Source of the DNA: Girardia tigrina
Lineage: Eukaryota
Length of the DNA: 64,000 bases
Assembly: GCA_001938485.1 (NCBI GenBank)
Contig: MQRK01231351.1
Location: 16,394 to 80,393 of the forward strand
Direction of reading: 5' to 3'
Shown here one piece after another: positions 13,415 through 27,167 of this stretch; within the stretch, counting starts at the first letter, position 1; the number at the start of each line of letters is the position of its first letter. The position numbers and the translations under genes are program-made. Under the pieces are notes generated by a model that saw nothing but the letters and a program-made list of their open reading frames with translations, had not been told where the DNA came from and did no database searches.

Positions 13415-15149
13415 CAATTGGTTCCTAAATCTTTTTTTAATTAAATTTAATCGATTTGACAAATGTTCATGTTATGAGGATTCAGTTAAAATTTTCAATT
13501 CACCAACTAATTTATAAAAATTCTCTATTTATAATTTTACCAAAAATTAAATAATCATCTGAAACATAAATGTACGTTAAGTTTATAAAATTAAAAAGTA
13601 AATAATGGATTATTTAACAATCTAAAAAAACTGTTTTAATAATTAAAGTTAACAAAAAAACGTAAGTTAAAAAATAGATTAATTAAAGCTGATAGATTTT
13701 CTAAAAGAAGGTATTTTATAAAATTTTAAATTAAGAAATAAAAAAGTTAAATATTTTTAAAACAAGTAATTTGGGTAAAATTTTCATAATGTAGAACGAA
13801 ATTAAGGTTAAAGTTTAATTAAATATTTTTTTAACAAAAATATAAATTTTACTTTATAGAAAATTTTATAAATGGATTTTGGCGATTAATTGGATTAACA
13901 AGAAGAAATTTGTTTAAATTTATGTTTAATATTCATTAATAAAATTTCTATGTGAAATGTTGACCTCTAATTCTGATTCAACCATCATCGAAGATAATAT
14001 CAATGACACTATCATGTACAAAACCTCATTTATTGAAGCTTACCAACCATTTATGTTGTTGGAAGGTCTCGTAAAATATCACAAAAAGAAAAAAAATAAA
14101 ACCAATCTCTCATAATTCCATTAAATTTCATTTTTTATTAAATTTTCTTTATTTCATTTTTTTACATAAGCGATAAAATTAATGTTTTAATAATTGTAAA
14201 GGTAAATATATTTGTTCATTGAAGTCAAATTAAATAATCTATAAATAACAAATATTAAAAATTTTGATTAAATATTAAAGACTCATCGGTGTTTTCATGA
14301 AGTCATTCTTTTTATTTATATATTTTGATTGATGTTACTAAGTTGAAACAAAAACGTTATAAACTAAGATTTGTTTTATAAAACCAACATTTAATTTCAA
14401 TATTTTCAATTGATGTTTTGTGGTAAATATTTTTATTTCAATCATTGATTTTCAAAAAAGTTAGATAAAAGAATATTATTTATATATTTATAAAAAATAA
14501 TAAGAGAAAACAATGAGGAAGGTGAATAAAGTCACACCTTTGGTTTAATAATAAGGTTTATGTAACGATAAAGTTTTCAACTTAAATATAAAATTTTTTA
14601 ATCAAAAATATTAAATTTGAAACTGTCAAGCGTAAGCATTTGACAATTCTCTTTCGGATGATGAAAACGTTGTAAACAAACTTATAACAATTACTCTCAT
14701 TAATATTTTGGCAATATTGAGTTAATATTTGTGGTAAAATATTAATTTAAATCATTTAAAGCATCGTTTGTACAACAATCAAGTCAGCCAAGAATCAAAA
14801 TATCAAATTAACTGTTTGGAAAGTTACAAAAAAATCAAAAATAATTAAATTAATTCCAAATTTTCTGTTAGTAAAACAAAAGTCATTTGTTTAAATGCCA
14901 ATTTTCGATTTTTCTTTCGGAAACTTTAATGCTGTCATAAATTAAGGTGAAATTATTTTTTTTTAAAAAGTATTTTTTTTAAAAAAAGGTACTTTAAGGT
15001 TTTCAAATTTAAAATACATGAATACAAATTTTAAATCGATATAATATGAAAATAAATAAATATTTATAATACTTATATTTAGTACTTATGACCGTTTTAT
15101 ATGATTTAAAGCAAATTAAAAATAATTTTAGAATTATTTTTATAATGTT

Positions 15150-15658
15150 TGTTAAGAACATTAAGACAATTTTCATTAGCATCTTTATTATTATCACTTT
15201 TGGAGTCATTACTGTTGAACATAGCTCTAATTGGTTATTTAATTTTCTATTTTTAATCATGATTATTCGATTATTTTTTTCTAATTCTTTTTAAAATATT
15301 TACTTCATAAAAACTTTAAAAATAATAATTAAAAATAATAATTTTAACCATTTCTGAATAAAAATTCAGAATAATAAAAACTTTATAAAATTGTTAAAAT
15401 GAACTTAATTTAAATCTAATTAAATTCTTTTCTTTTTGTTTTTTTAAAAAATATTAAACTTAATTTTAATTATTAATTTAAAAAATATAAACTTATCAAA
15501 TTATTATTTTAGAAATGTTCGAATAGGCAATCATTGTAAATATACACAAATACCAATTTCCATCTGGGTGGGAGAATCACCATTCTAATTTCAACATACT
15601 TAAATCAACATACATAATCACAACATTCACACATTCATACAATTGAAAATATTCCTCA
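15150..15658 (-). mobile_element. Solo LTR, copy 1 of a ~470-530 bp family
   Basis: Homologous to 20521-20993, 29142-29675, 52855-53319; termini TGTGAGG...CTTAACA. Confidence 0.7.
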
Positions 15659-16534
15659 TTTATTCTATTCCTCAGTTTATTGTATATTTTTTATTAAAAC
15701 TTTTCATTAAAAAATATTTAGATGACCATTTATTAAAACTTTTTTAATAATACTTTTATTTAAACATCTTTTGTCTTATTGAAAATTTATAATTTTTAAA
15801 ATTTAACGATTTGTAAAAAAACGGTTCATCAAAAATAAACTGAGTGATAACTTGAACCTTGAGATTCTTTAATTTTAAAACTTTTATATTAAAATTATAA
15901 GAGATTTGTCCAATTTATATTAAAGAATTTCAAGAAAACTGTTATTTTAAGATTTAATTTATCAAACTTGTACTGTATCTTCATTTACGCTTCAAGTATT
16001 TATTGAAGTTTTTATAACTTTTAACAAGCTTGGCTCCTATGCTTTATTCACTGATAATACTCTCTTAACAAATGTAAAAGGAAATAGTAATATTTGAAAT
16101 TTATTTTTTGACTATCCCTCGACTTTTTAAGTCTGTTTATGGTCTAATAGTATTTTCTTCCTGGATGACTTAAGGGAACACATTTGAACTAGTATAGGTT
16201 ACCTTTGCTTTGTTGGTCAATTAATGAATTTATGGAAAAATTCAGTTGCCTTTTATTAACTGCAGTAAATTGTATTTGTCAAGGTCAAGACAAACAGTTA
16301 TTGTGAGAGGTATTTGTAACGTCAATATCAGAATTCGTTTTACTCAATTTATTTTTGAAAATACTGTTTTATCTGTTATCTATTTTGATCAACTCATTTT
16401 TTTTATAAAAATAATATTTTAATTCAACATAAATTTATAAAGAATGTTTTTAAATTCAAATCTAAAATGCTTAATTAATTCTAATAAATTTAAATAAATC
16501 TAATTTATTTAATAATTTTTAATAAATCTAATAA

Positions 16535-17360
16535 ATCGGTGGGTGAGAGGTCCGGCGAGTAGAGTGGATGAGGCAGAGTTTCGTAGCCCAATTTGTTTAG
16601 CTTTCGTAGGGTCGGTTTTGCGATGTGTGACTGGACGTTGTCGTGGAGGAGAAGTGGCCCCTTCATATTGACCAATTTTGGGCACATACGTTGGAGCTCG
16701 AGATGTATTTTGTCAATTTGTTGGCAGTATTTCTCTGAGGTGATCGTTTCACCCATATTCAGACAGCTGTGATAGATGAGACCTGCTGCAGACCACCAAG
16801 CAGTCATTATAACCTTTTTTGGAGGAGTTTCGGTTTCGAAAAGTGATGAAGAGCCTCATCGCGATGTAACCATGTTGCCGAACGTCGCCAATTGTCATAG
16901 AGAATCCACTTCTCATCACACGTCACAATCCGATCGAGAAATGGGTCGTTCTCGTTGTGCAGAAGAAGCGCGGAAAACATCTCAAAACGACGATTTTTTT
17001 GACTTTCGTTCAATTCGTAAGGCACCAACTTATCGAGCTTTTTCGACTTTGCCATTAGCTTCAAGTACCGAGCGACGGTTAAGGGATCAACGCTAATCTC
17101 TTCTGCGAGTGCTCGAACAGTTGTGCGTGGATCGGCTTCCACCAACTTCTTCGATTCGTCGTTGTCAATCGTCGATGGGCGGGTGCCATGAGACTCATCT
17201 TTTAGACTGATTTGTCAGAACGAAACTTTTGATACCAGCGCTGAACCGCGCATTCGTCGACACTTTCCTTGCCCAAAACTTCGTTGATGTTTCTACGCCC
17301 TAGCTTGAACTCATAGAAGTAAATGTTGCGAAAATCACGTTTTGACATTTACCATAAATA
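16535..17360 (-). mobile_element. Truncated cecropia-subfamily mariner, same family as 30454-31689
   Basis: IVTCDEKW, LLHDNVQSH, PHPLYSPDLSPTD; highly similar to the 30.5-kb copy; no TIRs left. Confidence 0.9.
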
Positions 17361-18083
17361 TCGAAATATATATATATATAATTTATGTATATATAATGTT
17401 TTGTTCTTGCAAAAGGTATAATTTTTTGTTCTAATGGACATCACCGCAGTTTTTCTCATATATCTTTGTTGAGTTGTCAATTCATGAAGAACCCTCTTCA
17501 AATGATTGACCGATTTCCTTGAACCACTTCATGTGATATACAATTCATTTATTCAAAATTGCTTATAATGAGTAATTGATTTCATTCAAGAAGCTTTTAA
17601 TATTTTTCTAAGTCGTCAAAGTAGGTGGATGTTCAACTTTGCGTTTTTTTTCGTAGTATAACGATTTTTAGTAGCACGGGATCCGTAGATTTTGACTTAT
17701 GTTCCTCTCAGGTCATCAAACACTTTACTTGCATTTTAGAATGTGCAAATATAAACATATTCATCAAACTAAAATCATACAAATGAAAATTAAAATATTT
17801 CTGAAAATCTTGTCAATTACTTTCGATCAAAAGTATGTTATACTTTTAACATTTTTAAATATGATAAAAGAAAATCAAAAAATTTCTACTTAAAACAAAA
17901 TAATAAAATTTACAATTATACATTAAAAACCATATGATATAAAAATTATAATATATCTCTAAAATATATCTTTCATTTTGGATAATAAAGAGAGAATAAC
18001 TTTCTAAAAATAATATTATTAAAAAAATAAATATTAAAATAAATAAATTAATTAAAAATATAAATTAAAAAAAATAATTCATA

Positions 18084-19201
18084 CAGGGTGCGGCAGCTAT
18101 TTGAGAACACGTAATATAGACACCATATCTTTTTGTGTGTTATAATTACATAATTTTATTTTTGCTGGTAGACATGGCAGAAGCTACTCTTACNNNNNNN
18201 NNNNNNNNNNNNNNNNNNNNNNNNNNNNNNNNNNNNNNNNNNNNNNNNNNNNNNNNNNNNNNNNNNNNNNNNNNNNNNNNNNNNNNNNNNNNNNNNNNNN
18301 NNNNNNNNNNNNNNNNNNNNNNNNNNNNNNNNNNNNNNNNNNNNNNNNNNNNNNNNNNNNNNNNNNNNNNNNNNNNNNNNNNNNNNNNNNNNNNNNNNNN
18401 NNNNNNNNNNNNNNNNNNNNNNNNNNNNNNNNNNNNNNNNNNNNNNNNNNNNNNNNNNNNNNNNNNNNNNNNNNNNNNNNNNNNNNNNNNNNNNNNNNNN
18501 NNNNNNNNNNNNNNNNNNNNNNNNNNNNNNNNNNNNNNNNNNNNNNNNNNNNNNNNNNNNNNNNNNNNNNNNNNNNNNNNNNNNNNNNNNNNNNNNNNNN
18601 NNNNNNNNNNNNNNNNNNNNNNNNNNNNNNNNNNNNNNNNNNNNNNNNNNNNNNNNNNNNNNNNNNNNNNNNNNNNNNNNNNNNNNNNNNNNNNNNNNNN
18701 NNNNNNNNNNNNNNNNNNNNNNNNNNNNNNNNNNNNNNNNNNNNNNNNNNNNNNNNNNNNNNNNNNNNNNNNNNNNNNNNNNNNNNNNNNNNNNNNNNNN
18801 NNNNNNNNNNNNNNNNNNNNNNNNNNNNNNNNNNNNNNNNNNNNNNNNNNNNNNNNNNNNNNNNNNNNNNNNNNNNNNNNNNNNNNNNNNNNNNNNNNNN
18901 NNNNNNNNNNNNNNNNNNNNNNNNNNNNNNNNNNNNNNNNNNNNNNNNNNNNNNNNNNNNNNNNNNNNNNNNNNNNNNNNNNNNNNNNNNNNNNNNNNNN
19001 NNNNNNNNNNNNNNNNNNNNNNNNNNNNNNNNNNNNNNNNNNNNNNNNNNNNNNNNNNNNNNNNNNNNNNNNNNNNNNNNNNNNNNNNNNNNNCGTGTTA
19101 ATATATGTAAAATTTTAAATTGTAATAAATGTTATTTTTCTGTTGTATATTCATTTTTTGAACTTTATGTCATTTTGTTCTCAAATAGCTGCCGCACCCT
19201 G
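18084..19201 (+). mobile_element. Full-length-size DD37D maT-type element; interior is an assembly gap
   Basis: Perfect TIRs CAGGGTGCGGCAGCTATTTGAGAAC flanked by TA; start MAEATL homologous to MAESTL of 43303-44433. Confidence 0.85.
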
Positions 19202-20520
19202 TATATGTATATTTTTTTAATGTTTCTGTATTAAAAATGAAATCACAATATTTAATTATAATTAATTAATTTAAGTTTTATTATTTAAAATTAATTTTAT
19301 TTAATTTTTTTCACTAAAAATATTATTTATTAAAATTCTATGTGATGAATTTATTTGATAAAATCATAAATCATATTTCCCACCATCAGTTTCAGTCTGA
19401 GCAGCAATTTAAGGCTTGTCCGTACATATACTTGTTGTTTATTGTGTTTATAATATGGACCGGATATACATTGGATAAATCACTATTTACAAGCCATTTA
19501 ATTGTATATTTATATGATTATTCACATGACCTTTTACTTGCCCTTGTTAGAAAAATCATATTTTTCACCCAACCGTGAATATCATGAGAATGGCAATTTG
19601 GGATTCTATTTTATTTATTAATATATTAATTATAATAAATAAAATAATTTTTCTATTCGAAAAATCGATTCTGAAAACTATTATATTGTTTTTATTTTAG
19701 CAATTATTTAACGATTAATTTGTTTTAATTTTCTAATATTTTATTCAACAAAACGAAACAATGTGAAAAAAATATTAAAAATAATCAGTGATGATAATTT
19801 TAATATTTGTTGATTGAATTAAAGCAAACTAATTAGAAATTTATTTTATGGATTATTAATTTTTCTTCTTTTGGAAAACTTGTACCTGTTTTTGAAAAAT
19901 AAAACCGTGTACACCCGCTGATATTACGATTTTTTAAAAACAATTTTAGTACCACGAGGTTTATTTTTTATAATTAATAAAAAAAATTATAAGTCAATAA
20001 ATATTGATTTAATTAATTTTTAGTTTTTATTATAGAAAAATACAATTGTTGAAAAAAAGTTAATTAAATATTTGATAAAAATTGAAATGAAAATTCATAA
20101 AAAAATCATTTTTTCATTTTCTTTTATTTTAATTTCTTTTGTTAAAATTTTTTTTTGTTTTTTTTAAAAAATCCTTTAAGAATTATTTATGAATTTATAA
20201 ATAACGTACTTATATTTATTTTCAACGTACACTAAGTTTATTTTATTAAAAATATTAAAAAAAATTTTTAGTATTAAAATAATTAATTTTTTTAATTTAT
20301 TAATCATTTTTTGATATTATTTGATTCCAAACATTACACATTTTTATTTAATTTATAATTATTACATTTATTGTTTGTTTAAAAGGTTTTAGTAAAGACT
20401 TTTTTATGAATATTATTTAACTTTATTTATCATTAACTCTTCTTCATTCTTAAAGATTTTTCAAAGTTTTACAACCTGTCCAATCTCGTCTAAAATTAAT
20501 ACAGATTAACCTTTATTTTA

Positions 20521-20993
20521 TGTGAGGAATATTTTAAATTGTTTGAATGTATAAATGTATGTTGATTTAAGTATGTTGAATTTAGAATGGTGATTCTCCC
20601 ACCCAGATGGAAATTGGTATTTTTTATTTAAATTTAAAGCGATTGACTATTCGAACATAATTAAAATAATCATTTTATAAGTTCATATCTTTAATTTCAG
20701 AATTAAAATAAAGTTTAAAAATTTTTAGTAAAATTAAAATAAAATTCATTTTTAATAATTTGATGTCATTTTTATTATTTTGGGATTTATTAAAAAATGT
20801 TAAAAATTAATATTTTTAATTAATATTTTTTAAAGGTTAAATATTAAAAAAAATAATTTAGAAAAATTGTTTGAATAATCATGATTAAAAACAGAAATAA
20901 GAAAACCAATTAGAACGATGGCAAACGATGAAAGACCTTCTGTAATTGCAATAAAGATTTAAACGAGACTTGTTCTTAAAAATGTTCTTAATA
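20521..20993 (+). mobile_element. Solo LTR, copy 2
   Basis: TGTGAGGAAT...GTTCTTAATA; flanked by ATTTTA on both sides. Confidence 0.75.
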
Positions 20994-21449
20994 ATTTTAT
21001 ATTTTGATTCATATTGTACAATTTTCTACATTCTACCGTTCTTCAGAAAAAATTTTTTTGAATATTTATTTATTTAGAACTAAATAATCAAAATCATTTA
21101 TGATATATCAATTTGTATTATTAACACTTTATTGGTCACACAGTTTCATGATAAAACTTTATGTGGGCCCGGAATTTTTTCTAGTATTAAAATTTTTTAA
21201 TTAATTAAAGAAAATTATTATTAAATTATAGTTTGTAAATCAACAATCAATCGTTATGTAAACTATACAATTATATAAATTTAAATGCTAAATAGTATTT
21301 ATAAAATTAAACTAATATATCGAGAGAAAAAATATTTATTTATTTTTATTTTATTATATTTTCTTATATATCTAATTATAGATATATTACATAAAATAAA
21401 TAACAGAAACTAAATTTTATAATATTCAAAATTTTTCGTCATTATGGAC

Positions 21450-22350
21450 ATCTTCAGCTAAAAACGGATTCTATAAATGCCTCATACCACAAGCTTTCCT
21501 CGTATAATTAAGCTCATAGGATTAGTATTTACAATATACGAAAACAAAACGTTATCTGTAAAAAGAAAACAATACATTTTCAAAAAATGTTTATGGTATA
21601 AAACATTTTTTGCCTATTTGACATCATCAGTTGTGAAGAGTTTTAATATAGTTGGACAAATCCTTTTAGACATTGAAGAACGTTTAAATGTTGTTAGTAA
21701 AATAATAATTTAACATAATTTAAGATTCCATTATTTATTGGAAGAATATAACAATATTTTAATTCCATAAAATATCAAATTTTTATAAACAGTTTTTTTT
21801 ATTTTTATGATTCACCTAATATATGTTTGGTTGGAGTTTCAAACACCTTAGTTATAAACTTTTATTTTTATCAGAAAAATGTATCAATTTTATCAATTAT
21901 TAAAATATAATATTTCAATGGCCATAGATATTATTAATAAATTATTTTAAAAAAGATTTTTGAAAAATATTTGCTGTTTTCTCGCTAATATTCAAACACA
22001 ATGCCTGGGCATTTTAACATGACAATACTGTAACTTGATCTGGATCAAAGTGTTTTATAATAAATTTTATTTTCCTTTTACTAAACTTCAAACATTTTAA
22101 TTTTATGCATGGTTTTTATGGTTTATAAAAATCACGATCTTTATAATTTCTGTTTTAAACTCAGTCTAAAACGTTTTTAGTTTCTGTTACTCCGCGACTT
22201 TTTCGTACTTTTATAATCATTTTTTCACCAACTTCCAATGGTCTGACAGAGCTGAAAGTTTACCCAAAGGTGTAATCCCAAAGACTATACATGAATCAAT
22301 AAAAAATTTACTATGTAAATGATTAATTAAACATTTTTTACAAAAATCAA
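21450..22350 (-). mobile_element. Decayed Ty3/gypsy RNase H-integrase remnant
   Basis: IKHFDPDQVTVLSC (~22015-22060) matches the gypsy RNase H start L.HFDP...TVL.CDAS. Confidence 0.5.
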
Positions 22351-22584
22351 ATTTGTGATATAAATATCCTCTAAATATCCCTTATTTAAAATTTAAATAG
22401 AAAACAATTAAATTCGAATTTGTATTTTTTATATGTTCGATAACCTAATAGATTATTGGTATTTTTTCAGAATAAATACATTTGGAGATTCTTTATTAAT
22501 TAAACCTTATTTGGTTATATCTTTATCATGAGGAATTTTCAAAAGAAATGATTTTCTGTATTCGGGGTATTTCACTCTTTTCCA

Positions 22585-23040
22585 TAATTTTACGGTGTGA
22601 AAATATAACTGTTTGATGGTTTAAAGTACGAAGATGGTCTGAATTTCAGACCGAATAGTTCTGGATTCCACTGTTATCCCGCAGCTGCACCACAAATAAA
22701 CTCATACTAAACTGATCTCCTTAATTTGTCAATCATAGACAATTAAATTGAGCTGTGGACTCGTTATCTTGACTCCGAATCGATAAATAAAGTTTTAAAT
22801 TTTGATCGATGTAGTGACGAGTTCCAGAAATTGGCACAGTCCTATTGACCACAAAAACCCTAGTTAAGAAATTGCTATGCAAAAAATTGTAGAATTTCGT
22901 CCCAGTTTTCCCCCACAGAATCAATTACAATGCAAGCGGTTTTAATAAAGTAATTTTTAGTCAATCTATTTTTCGTTATTTTCTATTCCAGCTAAAGTTT
23001 AAACAGATCTCAGAATAACATGTGCAGTGATCCGATAATT
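22585..23040 (+). ncRNA. Candidate multibranched structured RNA domain
   Basis: GGTCTGA/TCAGACC, GACTCGTTA/TGACGAGTT, CTGTGG/CCACAG, TTGTC/GACAA, TGCAA/TTGTA, CTGTTTG/TAAACAG nested. Confidence 0.5.
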
Positions 23041-23104
23041 GATAGCAAACAAAAAAACTGACTTTTGTTTAATTAAATTAAATTAAAATTATTAAACGTG
23101 GGAA

Positions 23105-23390
23105 ATTCAAATGTGGTAAAAATGTCGATGAGAATAAATTCTTCCTATTTCGGCATCCGGACAACCCACTTGGACGCATCGAGTCTACTACCGACCGATG
23201 CGGCGTCGCGGACCGGACCAACACACTTCGGCGAGCCGCTGTGGGCCGTTTGCGGTGCAGACGCGCGCCCGCATATCGACCGTTGGACACTGGAACCGAC
23301 CGATAATGTCCGACAGCAACAATTTCCCGCACAATTAAGAGTTGCTGGTTGCCGCCACTCGGTTCGGTAGTCGGTACCACAACATGATAA
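23105..23390 (+). ncRNA. GC-rich, highly structured ~280-nt RNA candidate of unknown family
   Basis: Strong GC island; CTACCGACCGATGCGGCG pairs with TGCCGCCACTCGGTTCGGTAG; inner helices TGTGGGC/GCCCGCA, CGTTTGC/GCAGACG, GTTGGACA/TGTCCGAC, CAGCAAC/GTTGCTG; G-U pairs on +. Confidence 0.65.
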
Positions 23391-24639
23391 TGCAATTTTA
23401 GAGTATTTATAGGTTGCAAAAAAGTGTTATCAATTAAATTTTTCGTTTACAAGTTGTTTTACAATAAAAACACAAAATTTCCCCTATACTTAAAATACTG
23501 TAATAATATGCTTTTCAGTAAACGATAAAAACATTAATAAAACGTCATTTTTATAATGTGATTATTTGAATTTGTTCTAAAAGAAATATTTAATTAAATA
23601 ATGATAAAATTAAGTAACCTTTGAAACTAGGAAAAATATTTAGAAATGTAAATTAAATGACATTTTTTTCTTTTGAAAATCTTAAGAGTGATTTTATTAA
23701 AGTCACAACGAAGACTTATCTAGAATTACAAGATTAATAATTCAATAAAATCATGAAATAATTTTTAAACTAAACTTTGATAATCATTAATAATATTGTT
23801 TACATCTGAATTTCTATAAACCAGTACATAAAGATCCAAAGATCCCCGCCATTCTCCTGGCGCGGCCTCCTAGGTTTTGAATGGCGACAGTTTTTGTTAG
23901 TTTGAAATATACAGACGATGTATTATTCAAATAAGATAAACAAAGTTTTAAAATATATTAATTTATAAAATGTTGTTAATTTTTTTACAAAATTATTTTT
24001 TGAAACTTATCATTTTGTATACAAATGAAACTACGATTGTTCAATGGACACAACTTTCCTTTAAATTTTCTGTATGAACAGACAAATATTTTCATAGTAA
24101 TATTTAATATTTGTTAAACAAAATATTAAAAACATTAAAAAAATAATTGGATCTCAAAGTGGTTATAAGAAGTAGAATTGAAAGTTTGCTTGAAAGAGAA
24201 CAATTAGAAAAAAAGAACATTTCCAAGACGAAATAGAAAATATAATATCTTGGTTTAAATAAATATTCTTCTCATTATGACAAAATTCTTTTCGTCACAA
24301 CTTCAAGCTTCGTTGTTCTGCCTCAATCTTGATGGGAATTTGTCTAAAGCAAAACAAAAACATCATCAATAAACAACCAAATTTAAACATTTTTTATATT
24401 ATTATTTTTCAGTGTCATAAATCGAAAATACTTTTTTTAAAAAAAATAAGGTGAAGAATTTATGTTAAACCGTATTTTCTTTCATAAAATGAATCTTATT
24501 AAAAAATGTATCTTGATTAAAAGTCATTATAATTATTATTTATTAAGTTCACTTGTTAACTATTCATTTTTTGATGAAAAAAACATTAGTTTCAAGAGAA
24601 ACATTATAATTCTCCTACTTAGCTACACAATGTCTCCAT

Positions 24640-26530
24640 GTTTCGAGGGGATTTGAAGTACTATCCCAATAAAAATTATTGTTTTGAGAGAATTATTCAG
24701 TGACCCACTTTTCACTTTCTTGTATGTTTTGAAGTATTATTTAGAAAGTGCGCATGAATAATGCTTCAGAATGAAAAGTAATCTGAATAATAAAGATCTG
24801 ATAAGTACATAACCTTGGTCAAAACTTTTAACACAATTCAACCTATCAATTTATGCCGCCCATGATTGCGTCTTGAATGTTTTCATCGCCAGTCACTGAT
24901 AATAAACTACCAGGCTACTACTTTTACCGAAAATGTTTTGAAAATTGAAAATACCGATTTTTAGTGTTATCGGTAACTTGTAAAAGTTAACGCTTGGTAT
25001 AAAATTATCTGTCTTTCACAGGGATATCACCACTTTTAATGTGTTAAAACTAGGGTTCACAAGTATCTTGAGATTTAATATGTTCTTCATAATCTTCCCC
25101 AAGTATACGATAACATTCATCAGAGATTTTCTTCAAAAGAAATTAATAAATACTGTTTTTTGACATGATACATCATTTTTAGTTTCATCGAAAATTACCT
25201 AATTAAAGATAATCACAAATAATTTCCTTTGGTGATTAAGATTATTGTTAAAAGTTAGGAGATTATGAGAGATCAAATAACATTTTGAAATTAAATATAA
25301 TAATTAAAATATTACGCTAAACAAAAAAATCCATGTTTTCATTTTCCATCTTATGTTACATATACTTTTCTATAATATGCCAGAAAGTACAACAGAGGAC
25401 TGTCACTATCTTGAAATTCTACTAAAAAACCTTTGAATCGAATAATTTTATTTCCGGTCAAATAGGAGGGGAAAACGAATAATCTGATAATTGCCAAGCA
25501 AACTCATTTACGGAAAACATTTCTTTTACTTCTCTATCACTCAAAATGATTAGCTAACTTACATCTTAACTAGATTTATATGGGAATAGGTTAATGATAA
25601 AAGAAAAAGATTAACAGCAACTTTATAATTTAATAGAATTTGTCAGTTAAAACAGTTACTATAAACAATATTTATGTTTTCATTGTACTAAATAAAGTTA
25701 TTTTTTTAATTTTTTTTTAAAATCGACTTATAACGAATAACCATTAACATGTAAATTTACTCAAAAAAGATATAATTTAATTACAAAGCAATGATCAAAA
25801 CATTATCAATATAATTTGACTAACAAAAGTTAAAAATCTTTTATATTTCATTAAAAAGTCAACTTAAAAAATTTAAATGTTTTAAAATTATTTTATAAAT
25901 TGTCAAAATCGATTGAAAAAATTGTCAACACCATTTGATAAATTGTCAAAACCATTTGGAAAATTGTCAAAACCATATGAAAAATTGTCGAAACTGAATG
26001 AAAAACCCTGTAATATTCATGCATTTTCGACACGTTTCATATTTTTTTCAGATACAAGCAAAAAGAATTGAAATAAGATTTGAAAACATCAGAATTAACG
26101 GTAATCGGAAAAGTAATACCATGAGTACTTATTTTTGCTATAAATGTTACATTTCTAGAGCTGACTGTTGTTATTTTAACTTCAAACCATACTACCAAAT
26201 TAGTGTACTTTCTTAACGCAACTCATATATTAATATGTGATATGTGAATATTATGGTCAGTACTTAAAATCTTTTTCTGATTTTCTAGTAATGCTTAAGG
26301 GTGTTGATAGAGGGCATCCTACATGACTCTAAGGTTGGCAGCAGTAATGTACTGTACAAATTTGTTTTTTGATTGCAATTTTTCTTGTATTTAGAAACTA
26401 CAGTTGATTCCCAAGGTGTGGGATAAACTTTTTATTGGTAGGCAATCACATAATTACTTTACCAAACTTCTTTGGAGGTCTATTGAAATATTTTGGGGTT
26501 TCAGGGGGCCTTCATTACTACTTTCTGTCA
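24640..26530 (-). mobile_element. Decayed Ty3/gypsy RT thumb-RNase H-integrase remnant
   Basis: KKFIPHL (~26420), RIQRF-like RNase H end (~25440), integrase zinc-finger-like remnant (~25060). Confidence 0.5.
25897..26000. repeat. Minisatellite, ~5 x 21 bp (AATTGTCAAAACCATTTGRWA)
   Basis: Direct tandem copies visible. Confidence 0.85.
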
Positions 26531-27125
26531 TTGAGATATAAATATGTTTAATTATATAATTATTTCAAAGATAAAGATGAATTGTGGAAACAAAACGTTA
26601 ATATTTATTTGATAGATTAACTATGTAAATTTCAAATAATCAATTTAAATTTTATGTCAAGATATTTTTAACTTCATTTATTGAAAAATCCTCATTATTT
26701 ACCGGTACACTTTATATATGTGGTAAAAGAATATATTTTGACCAAATAAATAATTTTAACTACCAACAAATGTTTTTAAATAATTAAATGGAACAATGCA
26801 GAGAAGGTTTTAACGGGTCACGAAAATTTCACAAGTAGATCAAATGGGTAAATAAAATAATTTTATAAATTGTAAAGAAGGTTTTGAGAATTGTCGAATA
26901 ATTAGATACGATTACTTTAGGAGAATGATTTTCGTATATTTTATGCTGAGTTAATGGGTAACTTCATCTGTAATGTCTTTTGGATTCGTAAAATCGAAGA
27001 GGCACAAATTAAGGAAGAACTTGGATTTCATTTTGATGATTAATTCTACTGAAGAAATTAATTTGAAAATTTATCAAGTATTTTTTGATATAACCAAAGT
27101 CATCCATTTAAAAATATATTTTAAA

Positions 27126-27167
27126 ACAATATATTTCGACGGATCTACCGTCATCTTCAGGTCACTA
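27126..27167 (-). ncRNA. Minimal type I hammerhead ribozyme in the PLE pLTR
   Basis: GAC-CTGAAGA-T-GACGG TAGAT CCGTC-GAAA-TATATT-GTT. Confidence 0.8.

Noticed and set aside
16776-17096. Antisense ORFs in mariners (also 30867-31187, 11142-11345, 12266-12732, 58257-58517)
   Set aside because: Shadow frames of transposase sequence
18135-19118. Long ORFs spanning N runs (also 54377-55243, 40028-40258, 62576-62761)
   Set aside because: Artefacts of assembly gaps and (TA)n microsatellites
22850-22870. AAACCCTAG as a telomerase template
   Set aside because: Less than 1.5 repeats of CCCTAA; no pseudoknot or H/ACA box identified
23096-23390. RNase P RNA (GTGGGAAATTC resembles CR-I); ORFs 23078-23419 and 23098-23370
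   Set aside because: No complementary CR-V/P4 partner or upstream P1-P3 helices; the ORFs are expected by chance in a GC island and show no domain
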